From positions 6,844 through 70,843 of the forward strand of contig JBJDZI010000116.1 in assembly GCA_051867925.1 (NCBI GenBank): a DNA stretch of 64,000 bases, written 5' to 3'. Position 1 is the first letter of the stretch, and each line of letters opens with the position of its first letter. Source of the DNA: Eubacteriales bacterium (GTDB lineage Bacteria > Bacillota > Clostridia > Oscillospirales > CAG-272). A program made the position numbers and the translations under genes. Under the pieces are notes generated by a model, which was given only the letters and a program-made list of their open reading frames with translations, did no database searches and had not been told where the DNA came from. Below, in pieces: positions 8,554 to 17,023 of this stretch.

Positions 8554-8715
8554 TCAGATAGACCCCGCAGGATCAAAACCGATCTCATCCGACTGGAGGT
8601 TGAAAATCGGATCAGATTTTTCATTTTTATTCTTTATCGTCTGACATATTTTTACGACGGCAACTGCAAGGGCGACCCCTGCAAGCAGAAGTGCAAATAT
8701 TTTGGTCTTTGTCAT
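8554..8715 (-). CDS. small (53 aa) single-pass membrane protein, hypothetical
   Basis: Not in the >=60-aa ORF track. Sequence is MTKTKIFALLLAGVALAVAVVKICQTIKNKNEKSDPIFNLQSDEIGFDPAGSI. A strong AAGGAG lies 9 nt upstream of the ATG. Confidence 0.4.
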   Translation of the reverse strand: MTKTKIFALLLAGVALAVAVVKICQTIKNKNEKSDPIFNLQSDEIGFDPAGSI

Positions 8716-8843
8716 GTAAGGACACTCCTTTTCATAAAAATTTGTTTCGACAGATCAATAATATAAATATAATAGAACGGTAACGCCGTCCGGAAAAACC
8801 AAACGGCGCTACTGATTTAGAGAAAGCAAACCTTGCGGCAGAA

Positions 8844-9176
8844 TTAGCCCCAGAGTCCCGACGTTGAGCTTACTGCTTCAGCTGCGCAGAGAACGCAAAG
8901 CGTGCAGGAAAGGAAGCCGATGCCTGCAAGAACGGTGCCGATAATGGAGAGAACCAGCCCGGCAGTGCCGATACCCGTGCCGGTGCTTGCAAGTTTTGCT
9001 TGCTTTCTGCCCGTTGATGCACATACAATGCCGACGATGCCGAGAACAAGTGCTACAATGTTAATCATGTAAAACCAAGCCAACACACAAGCAACAATTC
9101 CGCAAACCATGCCTGCAATTGAAAGTCCTTTTCCGTTTTTGACGGGTGCGGGGGAGTTTCCATACTGATTGTTCAT
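8844..9176 (-). CDS. DUF4190-like small membrane protein
   Basis: Short polar N-terminus followed by Gly/Ile/Val-rich TM hairpins (LSIAGMVCGIVACVLAW...IVGIVCAS). Confidence 0.6.
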   Translation of the reverse strand: MNNQYGNSPAPVKNGKGLSIAGMVCGIVACVLAWFYMINIVALVLGIVGIVCASTGRKQAKLASTGTGIGTAGLVLSIIGTVLAGIGFLSCTLCVLCAAEAVSSTSGLWG

Positions 9177-9331
9177 TTCTTTTACCTTCTTTGTCTGTAA
9201 AATATTTCACGGTGCGCGCTTCCGTGTCTCCGATTATAGCATATATTTTTTGATTTGTCAAGTGTAAACATCAAAATGATAATGAAATATCCGAAAGATT
9301 TTTATATACTATCCAAATGGGGGGTGGTATA

Positions 9332-9631
9332 ATGATAGCAGACAAAATAAAGGAACTCCGAGAGCACAAAGGAATAACCCAATCAGAGCTTGCCAAACTA
9401 TTGGGCATCACGCGATCCAGCGTAAACGCATGGGAAATGGGAATTTCCGTACCGTCTACTCAATACGTGGTGGAACTGGCAAACATTTTCAAGGTCTCGA
9501 CCGACTATCTTTTGGGAGTACAGTCTACCGTCTCAATCAGCGTTGCAGGGCTGACCGAAAAGGATATTTTGGTAGTCCATCAACTGATTCGCCATCTTCA
9601 AGATAAGAACTCAGGACGCTACGATCAATAA
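9332..9631 (+). CDS. XRE-family helix-turn-helix transcriptional regulator
   Basis: ITQSELAKLLGITRSSVNAWEMG HTH motif. ATG 9332 is preceded by a G-rich SD (GGGGGTGG). ATG 9317 is an alternative start. Confidence 0.8.
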   Translation: MIADKIKELREHKGITQSELAKLLGITRSSVNAWEMGISVPSTQYVVELANIFKVSTDYLLGVQSTVSISVAGLTEKDILVVHQLIRHLQDKNSGRYDQ

Positions 9632-9707
9632 CCCTTTCGACTTTGGGATACCCTTTGAATAGTTCCGTTTATGATCGTAATCGGGTAGTTTCAGCCAAGG
9701 AGTATAA

Positions 9708-9753
9708 CCGGGACACTAACATCCGCAAGCGTGGATCAGCGTCCCGGTTTTTT
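9708..9753 (+). terminator. terminator downstream of the HTH gene
   Basis: CCGGGAC...GTCCCGG stem with an internal sub-hairpin, followed by TTTTTT. Confidence 0.55.
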
Positions 9754-9775
9754 CAAACGCGATATCATCCATATC

Positions 9776-9804
9776 AAAAAGGCAACGGATCCCGTTGCCT
9801 TTTT
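9776..9804. terminator. bidirectional terminator hairpin
   Basis: AAAAA-GGCAACGG-ATC-CCGTTGCC-TTTTT. Confidence 0.65.
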
Positions 9805-9881
9805 CAAATTCATTTATGCAAAATCTCTCTCGCAGGATGCGCTCCCGAATACGGGCGGCGCGGTGCGGGGGAGCCTTTTGT

Positions 9882-11114
9882 TTACTTTCCGAAATATCTC
9901 TTCAAAAGTCCCTCAAACGCCTTGCCATGTCTTGCCTCGTCGCGAGCCATTTCGTGAACGGTGTCATGGATGGCGTCCAGATTCAGTGCCTTTGCACGCT
10001 TGGCGAGATCAAACTTGCCTGCGGTTGCGCCGAACTCGGCGTCTACACGAACCTTCAGGTTCTGCTTGGTGGAGTCGGTGACCACCTCGCCCAGCAATTC
10101 GGCAAATTTGGCGGCATGTTCTGCCTCTTCGTGCGCGGCTTTCTCCCAATACTTGCCGATCTCGGGATAGCCCTCGCGGTGCGCGACCCGCGCCATCGCC
10201 AGATACATACCTACTTCCATACACTCGCCGTTGAAGTTGGCGCGCAGATCTTCCAGAATATCTGCGGGCACGCCGTTGGCCACGCCCACGATATGCTCTG
10301 CCGCCCAAGTGCGATCATCGCTCTGCAGGGTGAATTTTTCCGCAGGTGCGTTGCAAATGGGGCATTTTTCGGGGGCTTCGTCCCCTTCATGGACGTAACC
10401 GCAAACCGAGCAGACAAATTTCTTGCCCGTTTTCGGCTGTTCGGATACAGGAGCCGCCGGCGCAGCAGGGGCAGTCGATGCGGGAGCCGCGGCAGACTCG
10501 TCGCCAATCTTCTCAAAGTCCTCGGGGCCGTGCTTGCACAGCGGGCATACGTAATCGGCGGGCAGTTCCTCGCCCTCGTAAACGTGTCCGCAGACCTTGC
10601 AACGCCAGCCCTTGGTAGCGGCAGGCTTGGGGGCTTTCGCTTTGATCACCGTCTGATAGTAACCGTAGGTGCAGTTTTCGCCCCTTGCCAGCACTTCTCC
10701 GTCCACCACTTCGCCGATAAAGAGGGTATGACTGCCCAGATCGTGGGATTCGATGATGGAGAGCGACAGAAACGCACTTGACCACTTGGTCAGATAGAGC
10801 AGACCGTTTTCGCTCCGCGCAACGTGAGAAAGGTCAAAATCGGCGAATTTGTCCACGGTTCTGCCCGATTGCATTCCGAAATGGCGGAACAGAGAGAACT
10901 CCGCATCGGTGGTGATGGCAGAGAGATTGCATCTCCCCGTGTGCAGGATCATATCGTGGGTGAGATTACCCTTGATCGCCGCAATGGAGATGCGAGTAGG
11001 ATTGTTTGCCACCTGCACGGCGGTGTTGATGATGCAAGCGTTGTCCTTTCCGTTCTCTTTCGCAGAGAGCAGGTATACGCCGTAGGTGAGGTTATAGAGT
11101 GCCTTCGGATTCAT
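9882..11114 (-). CDS. flavin reductase - rubredoxin - reverse rubrerythrin fusion protein
   Basis: Residues 1-160 form a flavin-reductase (FMN split-barrel) domain ([39 protein letters not shown]). A rubredoxin follows ([12 protein letters not shown]...CPLCKHG). A second CxxC...CxxC module follows that ([19 protein letters not shown]). The C-terminus is a ferritin-like rubrerythrin four-helix domain ([30 protein letters not shown]). ATG 11114 has a GAGGGA RBS. Confidence 0.85.
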   Translation of the reverse strand: MNPKALYNLTYGVYLLSAKENGKDNACIINTAVQVANNPTRISIAAIKGNLTHDMILHTGRCNLSAITTDAEFSLFRHFGMQSGRTVDKFADFDLSHVARSENGLLYLTKWSSAFLSLSIIESHDLGSHTLFIGEVVDGEVLARGENCTYGYYQTVIKAKAPKPAATKGWRCKVCGHVYEGEELPADYVCPLCKHGPEDFEKIGDESAAAPASTAPAAPAAPVSEQPKTGKKFVCSVCGYVHEGDEAPEKCPICNAPAEKFTLQSDDRTWAAEHIVGVANGVPADILEDLRANFNGECMEVGMYLAMARVAHREGYPEIGKYWEKAAHEEAEHAAKFAELLGEVVTDSTKQNLKVRVDAEFGATAGKFDLAKRAKALNLDAIHDTVHEMARDEARHGKAFEGLLKRYFGK

Positions 11115-11134
11115 ATTCGTCCCTCGTTTCAATA

Positions 11135-11149
11135 TTTCAATAATTATCA
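11135..11149 (-). promoter_or_regulatory. Fur/PerR-type 7-1-7 box candidate upstream of the fusion gene
   Basis: The minus strand reads TGATAAT-T-ATTGAAA. That matches 11 of 14 positions of TGATAATNATTATCA, with a perfect first half-site. Confidence 0.35.
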
Positions 11150-11206
11150 TATACTAATCTACCCACAGCGTTTATTCTGTGGGTAGATTTATGGATCAAA
11201 ATTTAA

Positions 11207-11746
11207 TTAGTTGTTGAAGTATCTCTTCAGAAGCCCTTCGAACGCCTTGCCGTGACGAGCCTCGTCGCGAGCCATTTCGTGAACGGTGTCGTGGATAGCA
11301 TCCAGATTCAGCGCCTTTGCACGCTTAGCCAGATCAGTCTTGCCTGCGGTTGCGCCGTTCTCGGCGTCAACTCTCATCTGCAGGTTCTTCTCGGTAGAGT
11401 CGGTAACGACTTCGCCCAGCAGTTCTGCGAACTTTGCAGCGTGCTCTGCTTCTTCCCATGCTGCCTTTTCCCAGTAGAGACCGATTTCGGGATAGCCCTC
11501 GCGGTGTGCAACTCTTGCCATTGCCAGATACATACCGACTTCCATGCACTCGCCGTTGAAGTTAGCGCGCAGATCTTCCATGATGTCTTCGGGCGCGCCC
11601 TGTGCAACGCCTACGATATGTTCAGCCGCCCAAGTCTTGCTCTCAGCCTCTTCCTTTACCATATCCTTGCCGCAAATGGGGCACTTTGCAGGGGGATTCT
11701 CGCCTTCATAAACATAACCGCAAACGGGACATACATACTTTGCCAT
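11207..11746 (-). CDS. rbr: reverse rubrerythrin (N-terminal rubredoxin-like module plus di-iron four-helix domain)
   Basis: [20 protein letters not shown] followed by the [12 protein letters not shown] / EEAEHAAKF / DEARHGKAF ligand helices. It is roughly 85% identical in protein to the C-terminal 175 aa of the neighbouring fusion. Confidence 0.9.
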   Translation of the reverse strand: MAKYVCPVCGYVYEGENPPAKCPICGKDMVKEEAESKTWAAEHIVGVAQGAPEDIMEDLRANFNGECMEVGMYLAMARVAHREGYPEIGLYWEKAAWEEAEHAAKFAELLGEVVTDSTEKNLQMRVDAENGATAGKTDLAKRAKALNLDAIHDTVHEMARDEARHGKAFEGLLKRYFNN

Positions 11747-11799
11747 ACTTGTTACCTCTTAATTCTTTGAATTTCATTCCTACTGAATATTTTTAGGAA

Positions 11800-11814
11800 T
11801 GATTACTGTTATCA
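11800..11814 (-). promoter_or_regulatory. Fur/PerR-type 7-1-7 box candidate overlapping the rbr transcription start
   Basis: The minus strand reads TGATAAC-A-GTAATCA (11 of 14 matches to TGATAATNATTATCA). It is embedded in the inverted repeat AATGAT-N10-ATCATT (11798-11819), directly downstream of the -10 element. Confidence 0.4.
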
Positions 11815-11816
11815 TC

Positions 11817-11844
11817 ATTATAGCACAGATTATAAAATTGTCAA
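11817..11844 (-). promoter_or_regulatory. sigma-70-type promoter of rbr
   Basis: On the minus strand: TTGACA (11844-11839), 16-nt spacer, TATAAT (11822-11817). Confidence 0.5.
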
Positions 11845-12103
11845 TAGGGTAACGCCGATTTTTTGTAAACAAAATGTGAACGCCCGCCGCTCGGGCGATG
11901 CAGAGAACGGTTTCTTCCGAATATTGGAAAGATCATTTCGAAAAATTAACAATTCGCCCTGTTGCAATCTGTCGAAGACAATGGTATAATATAGAAAGGA
12001 AAGTATTCCGTCGGGCAATGGCTCTCGGAATGCCAAACGACTGCAACATTTCATAATCTACCTTAATGTATGCAAATATATGTACGATTCGGAGAGAATT
12101 GAT

Positions 12104-15061
12104 ATGATGAAAAAATACTTCGCATTATTGCTGTCGGCAATAATGCTGTTTCCGACAGCGGCAAGCCTTGTCTCCTGCGGTACGGACGGCACCTCCGACC
12201 AAACCTCAAACCGGGGTGAGGACACCGCCCTGCCTGTCACCTCTGCCAGAGCCGTCGACCTGGGCGATATGACCTATTATCTGGACGAAGATGGAAATCT
12301 TTGGGCAAGCTACACCGATCACACCACCCAAATGGCGGCGCTTTCGGCAACGCAGATCTGCATCTTTCAAAATGTCCTTTGGTACGCTTCGGGCAACACT
12401 TTGTGTACATACGATCTGACCACGGGCAAGACGGCGGTATATACCGAAAAAGACACGCAGATCACCACCTTTGCGCTCTGCGGCGACAAGGTCTACTACC
12501 TTTGCGGGGACAAGCTGCTCTGCGGAGAGGACGTGCTGATCAATCTTTCCGACCGCAAAGCCCCCGACGGCTCTTCCCTGTCCACCGTTTGCGACTTTGA
12601 ACTGCGGACAGAAGATCAGATTCTGCTCTATCTCCCCAATCCCGATTATCAGGACGAGGATGTGGTACCCGGCTATCTGCTGAACGAGCAGAACGACACC
12701 CTGCTCACCTATGCTTACACCGTCTCCACAGGACTGCTGGCTCTGTACGATTACTATGAGGAGCAGGAAAACACCTCCCACGCTTCCGCCTCCGAGGGCA
12801 TTACCATCAACGGCTGGACGCTCCCCTTCTCGGACTACCCCGTCGGTTCCTACTTCTCCTACAACGGAACTGCCTGCACCTGTCACGACAAGGGCTACTG
12901 CGTTGCCAACAACAAGTCTTGGGAAAACTGTATCCGTTATTGGCCCAACAAATCCAATTATCAAGTAGATCTTCTGGGCGTTCAATGTATGGGCTTTGCC
13001 CGCTTCTGTCAATGGAGACTCTTCGGCAGTCACGACAAAGCAGCTCCCGGCGATTTTTACAACGCTTTCGGACAAAAACTGTCTGCGGGCAGCTGGACTG
13101 CCAACACCGTCAAGAACACCTTCACCAGCGTGGGTCCCGGCGGTCACATCCGTACCGGTGCGGGTCACTCGCTTTTCGTTATCTCAGTCAATGCCAACGG
13201 CTTTATCACTTACGAGTGCAATACCTCTAACAAAGACTGCCTCATCTACACCCGTCAGTGGACTTGGGACACCTTCTACGCTTACGCAGGTTCCCGTGAC
13301 CTGATGTACTACAATATGCCCTACAAATTCGACGGTAGCGGCAGCGTCACCCCCGACGGCGACTATGAGATCGGCTCCTACCAGATCACCGCCAACGGCG
13401 GTCTGAATATGCGTGCCGAACCGAACACCTCCTCTGCGGTTCTGGTGACCATCCCCAACAACTCCATCGTACAGGTCACCGCCATTCAAAAGGTGGGCAA
13501 CTACTACTGGGGCTACACCAGTTACAGCGGTAAATCCGGCTGGATCCGACTGGACTACGCCATGTATCAAAGTTCATCGGTCTCCGGCATCGAGATCACC
13601 TCTCTCCCCACCAAGACCACCTACACCGTAGGCGACAGTTTCTCCACCGCAGGCATGGTGGTGCAAGCCAAATTCAGCGACGGCACCGCCTTTGAGATCG
13701 CGGGCTATTCCTGCTCGGGTTACAACATGAACCAAGCGGGAACCTACACCGTCAAGGTGAGTTACGGCAGTTTCAGCGACACCTTTACCATCACGGTAAA
13801 GGAAAAGAACATCCCACCCACCTCCATCACATTGGAACGCAACGAGCTGACGCTGATCGTAGGAGATACCTACGACATGAGTTATACGCTCCTCCCCGCC
13901 GATACCACCCAAAAGACCATCACATGGACCTCTTCCGACACCTCTGCGGTCGCCGTTTCGGACGGAAAAATCAAAGCAGTCAAAGCCGGCAGTTCCACGG
14001 TAATCGCCAGCACCCAGAACAATCTCAAAGCCATCTGCTATGTCACGGTCATCAAGATGCCCACGGGTACCAACTGGTCCGCCACCGCAGACGGCAATCC
14101 GCTGACCTCCCTGCCCATCGGTATCGAGCCTGTGGACTACTCCATCCGCTACCGTCTGCCCCAAGGCAACGGCTGGGGAAGCTGGATCTATGACAATATT
14201 CCCGCAGGACTTACCGGTTATCAGTGTCAATTCCGCTCCTTCACCGCCACCTTCGTGAACACGCTGGACGGCGAGACGGTGAAGCTCTTCACCGTTGAAT
14301 TCAACCAAGTGATCAATCTTTCCAACTACACGCTGACCAGAGACGGCTATCTCTTCACCGGTTGGTATTACGATCCCCGCTCCGCCGAGTCCCACGATTC
14401 CAAGAACGCCGCTCCCTCCAAGATCACCATTTCCGAAGACCTTCTGCTCTATGCCGGATGGATCCCGCTGGACAGTATCTCCCGCGACAGCGCCGATCCC
14501 TTCGGAACAGGCATGACGGTGCCTGCTTTCGGCTTTGCAGGTGTGGAAATGCGCGTAGCGGGCGACGCAACCGGTCTGCGCTACATCGGACGGATCAGCA
14601 CCGCGCTGATCGCAGAACTGGAGGGCGTTCACAAATCCAATCAGTCCTTCCAGCCCTCCAAAGCCACTGACACCGGCATCGGTTTCGGCATGGTGGTACG
14701 GATGCGCGGCACCTCCTCCGTTCCCTTGGTCAAATCCGACGCCAACTATCTCTATCAGGGCGGTACGGTCACCGTTCCTGCGCAACGAACCTACGCCACC
14801 TATAACGGCTACATTCTCTTCAACGCCTTTATCTGCGGCTACACCGCCGATTATTACAAGACCGAGTTTGTCGCCCGTCCTTATCTGACCTATTCCGACG
14901 CCAACGGTATCACTCACACCCATTACTTTACCGTATCGGGTTCCAACGCCCAAAGCGGCGGTTATTATACCAGCCTATACGCCGAGGCGCAAAAACTGGT
15001 AGCCGATGCGAGCACCGATCCCGTTACCCGCAAATGGCTTGAGGACACCATTCTGAACTAA
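12104..15061 (+). CDS. large multidomain lipoprotein: CHAP amidase/peptidase, SH3b, Ig-like domains
   Basis: Lipobox signal peptide (MMKKYFALLLSAIMLFPTAASLVSCG). CHAP-like Cys...His motifs (GVQCMGFARFCQW; GHSLFVISVNANGFITYECN). SH3b domain (GGLNMRAEPNTSSAV...GWIRLDY). Two bacterial Ig-like domains (TITLERNELTLIVGDTYDM...KAVKAGSSTV). One Listeria-Bacteroides-type repeat (DGYLFTGWYYD). RBS GGAGAG. Confidence 0.75.
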   Translation: MMKKYFALLLSAIMLFPTAASLVSCGTDGTSDQTSNRGEDTALPVTSARAVDLGDMTYYLDEDGNLWASYTDHTTQMAALSATQICIFQNVLWYASGNTLCTYDLTTGKTAVYTEKDTQITTFALCGDKVYYLCGDKLLCGEDVLINLSDRKAPDGSSLSTVCDFELRTEDQILLYLPNPDYQDEDVVPGYLLNEQNDTLLTYAYTVSTGLLALYDYYEEQENTSHASASEGITINGWTLPFSDYPVGSYFSYNGTACTCHDKGYCVANNKSWENCIRYWPNKSNYQVDLLGVQCMGFARFCQWRLFGSHDKAAPGDFYNAFGQKLSAGSWTANTVKNTFTSVGPGGHIRTGAGHSLFVISVNANGFITYECNTSNKDCLIYTRQWTWDTFYAYAGSRDLMYYNMPYKFDGSGSVTPDGDYEIGSYQITANGGLNMRAEPNTSSAVLVTIPNNSIVQVTAIQKVGNYYWGYTSYSGKSGWIRLDYAMYQSSSVSGIEITSLPTKTTYTVGDSFSTAGMVVQAKFSDGTAFEIAGYSCSGYNMNQAGTYTVKVSYGSFSDTFTITVKEKNIPPTSITLERNELTLIVGDTYDMSYTLLPADTTQKTITWTSSDTSAVAVSDGKIKAVKAGSSTVIASTQNNLKAICYVTVIKMPTGTNWSATADGNPLTSLPIGIEPVDYSIRYRLPQGNGWGSWIYDNIPAGLTGYQCQFRSFTATFVNTLDGETVKLFTVEFNQVINLSNYTLTRDGYLFTGWYYDPRSAESHDSKNAAPSKITISEDLLLYAGWIPLDSISRDSADPFGTGMTVPAFGFAGVEMRVAGDATGLRYIGRISTALIAELEGVHKSNQSFQPSKATDTGIGFGMVVRMRGTSSVPLVKSDANYLYQGGTVTVPAQRTYATYNGYILFNAFICGYTADYYKTEFVARPYLTYSDANGITHTHYFTVSGSNAQSGGYYTSLYAEAQKLVADASTDPVTRKWLEDTILN

Positions 15062-15067
15062 TTTCCC

Positions 15068-15106
15068 ACAGACATCTCCTGCTCTTGCACGAGATGTCTG
15101 TTTTAT
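15068..15106 (+). terminator. rho-independent terminator after the large lipoprotein gene
   Basis: ACAGACATCTC-(12 nt)-GAGATGTCTGT followed by TTTAT. Confidence 0.7.
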
Positions 15107-15223
15107 AATGTTCTTTGATTATTTGTAAAAAATCACAAAAATCCGATTGACAGACGGGAATTTATATGCTACAATAATGATGAACTATCTTGTTTCGTTC
15201 TACAAATCCATATCGAAAGGAAA

Positions 15224-16717
15224 ATGCAAATGAACCTGTTCAAAAAATCCTGCTCAGCACTGCTGGCAGCACTGCTGATGGTGCCTATGGTCTCTTGCGG
15301 CGGAGAAGCCGCCGACGGAACCGACACGACAGCCGCCACCACCGCGGAAACTCCCAACCCGGAGGACTCCCTCACCCCCGGCATTGATTCCCTGACCAAG
15401 GAAGAGATCGCCGCCTACGCCGCTCTGGCTACGCAAAATGCCGATCGCGCCAGTGTTCTGGGTTCGGTCATCGAAGATCACTACGTCTCCGGTCGCGGAA
15501 ACAATCTGCGCTTTGCCATGTATCTGAACACCAACACCCTGAGTACCAGAGACACCGCCTCGGTATGGCACATTACCTCCGTGCTTTCCATGACGTCCAG
15601 ACTTTGGGCGATCAACGCTGCCGGCAAGGGTTCTCATTACTCTGACTTCCACGCCCAGACGCTGACGGCTATGGAGTATTACAAAGGAACTGCCTACATC
15701 GCCAACTACAGCAAGAACCTTGAGCAAACGATGTACGCCGTCAACCGTTCCGGCACTATGGGCGGTGCTTCTCTGGCGGACATCGCCGCCGTGTACGACG
15801 ACCAGATGTGGATCATCCGCGACTTGGTTTATTGCTACAAACTGACCGGCGAGGAGACTTATATGACGCAGGCTCTGACGCTGACCAAGGCTTGTCTGGA
15901 TGCGTGGGACACCTCCGACGACGGCAATGGCGGAGAAGTGGGCGGCATCGATTGGGGTCCCGGTTACAGTTCCAAGCACACCTGCTCCAACGCGCCCATC
16001 ATCGAACCTCTGGTTGAGATCTACGAGATCTTTGCCGCAGAAGGTCGGGAAAACGCTCAGTATTATCTGGATTTTGCCATTAAGATCTACGAATGGACCA
16101 ACAAAAACCTGCGTCTTTCCAGCGGGCTTTACGGCGATCTGGTCAGACCGCAGGGACGCGAGCTGGTTGGCTCCGGCAGAACCAGACACTGGGTATCCAC
16201 CGGTCCTTTGGGCAGTCTGGATCCCACCACCTACTCTTACAACACCGGCGCGATGATCTCGGGTGCCGTTGCGCTCTACCGCGTCACCGGCGAAGCATCT
16301 TATCTGAAGGATGCCAAGACCAGCGCCAGCAAGGCTTACAAGACCTTTACCATCTCTACCAAGATCGACGGCGAGAGTTGCAGACAGTATTCTGCCTACC
16401 CCAACTCCATCTACCGCAGTAACACTTGGTTCAACATGGTTCTGTTGGAAGGCTTTATCGATCTGTTCCCCTACGATACCAAGTGCGCTACCTATATCGC
16501 CGCTTATCAGGATTCTCTGGACTACGCTTACGAGAACTATAAGACCGACGAAGGTCTGATGCCCCGCGATCTCTACAACGGCTGGGATAAGAAAGCCACC
16601 ATCTCCTCTTCTGACAGCAGATGCCCCGATCTGGACAAGGATATCATGGATCAGGCATCCTACGCAGAAATGTACGCCGCTCTGGCAGAACTCTATCTCC
16701 GGATCGCCGCAGAATAA
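15224..16717 (+). CDS. lipoprotein, glycoside hydrolase family 76-like (putative alpha-1,6-mannanase fold)
   Basis: Lipobox (LLMVPMVSCGG). The block YDDQMWIIRDLVYCYKLTGEETYMTQAL...GGIDWG resembles the GH76 catalytic Asp-Asp region. Family assignment is by eye only. Confidence 0.6.
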   Translation: MQMNLFKKSCSALLAALLMVPMVSCGGEAADGTDTTAATTAETPNPEDSLTPGIDSLTKEEIAAYAALATQNADRASVLGSVIEDHYVSGRGNNLRFAMYLNTNTLSTRDTASVWHITSVLSMTSRLWAINAAGKGSHYSDFHAQTLTAMEYYKGTAYIANYSKNLEQTMYAVNRSGTMGGASLADIAAVYDDQMWIIRDLVYCYKLTGEETYMTQALTLTKACLDAWDTSDDGNGGEVGGIDWGPGYSSKHTCSNAPIIEPLVEIYEIFAAEGRENAQYYLDFAIKIYEWTNKNLRLSSGLYGDLVRPQGRELVGSGRTRHWVSTGPLGSLDPTTYSYNTGAMISGAVALYRVTGEASYLKDAKTSASKAYKTFTISTKIDGESCRQYSAYPNSIYRSNTWFNMVLLEGFIDLFPYDTKCATYIAAYQDSLDYAYENYKTDEGLMPRDLYNGWDKKATISSSDSRCPDLDKDIMDQASYAEMYAALAELYLRIAAE

Positions 16718-16810
16718 TTGGAATCAATCTATCCTATTTGGGGCTTCGCCCCAACCCCCATCAAGAACCTTTTTGAAAAAAGGTTCTTGGAACTCCAAAA
16801 ACATCTATAA

Positions 16811-17023
16811 GGGGCGGCAAATTCTTGCCGCCCCACAGACTGTCGAAAAAGTTAACGAGAATGCTGGAGGAAGGGGAAAACCATCTCATACGCCGAAGTT
16901 TTCGTAGCAACCGCAACGCGGTTGCTACACTCCTCATCAGACCTCCAACCCCATTCCTTGGCTGGCGGCACTCTAAATTATAGTTTATCGACAGACTGAG
17001 GGGCGGCAAATTCTTGCCGCCCC
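16811..17023. repeat. identical 24-nt palindromes GGGGCGGCAAATTCTTGCCGCCCC flanking repeat copy B
   Basis: Exact copies at 16811-16834 and 17000-17023. Related hairpins lie at 5847-5868, 33366-33387, 39083-39102 and 39163-39184. Confidence 0.85.
16836..16970 (+). repeat. modular intergenic repeat, copy B (type II left arm plus shared right arm)
   Basis: CAGACTGTCGAAAAAGT...GAAAACCATCTCATACGCCGAAGTTTTC-GTAGCAACCGC-AAC-GCGGTTGCTAC-ACTCCTCATCAGACCTCCAACCCCATTCCTTGGCTGGCGGCA. Collinear with 32741-32873. Confidence 0.85.
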
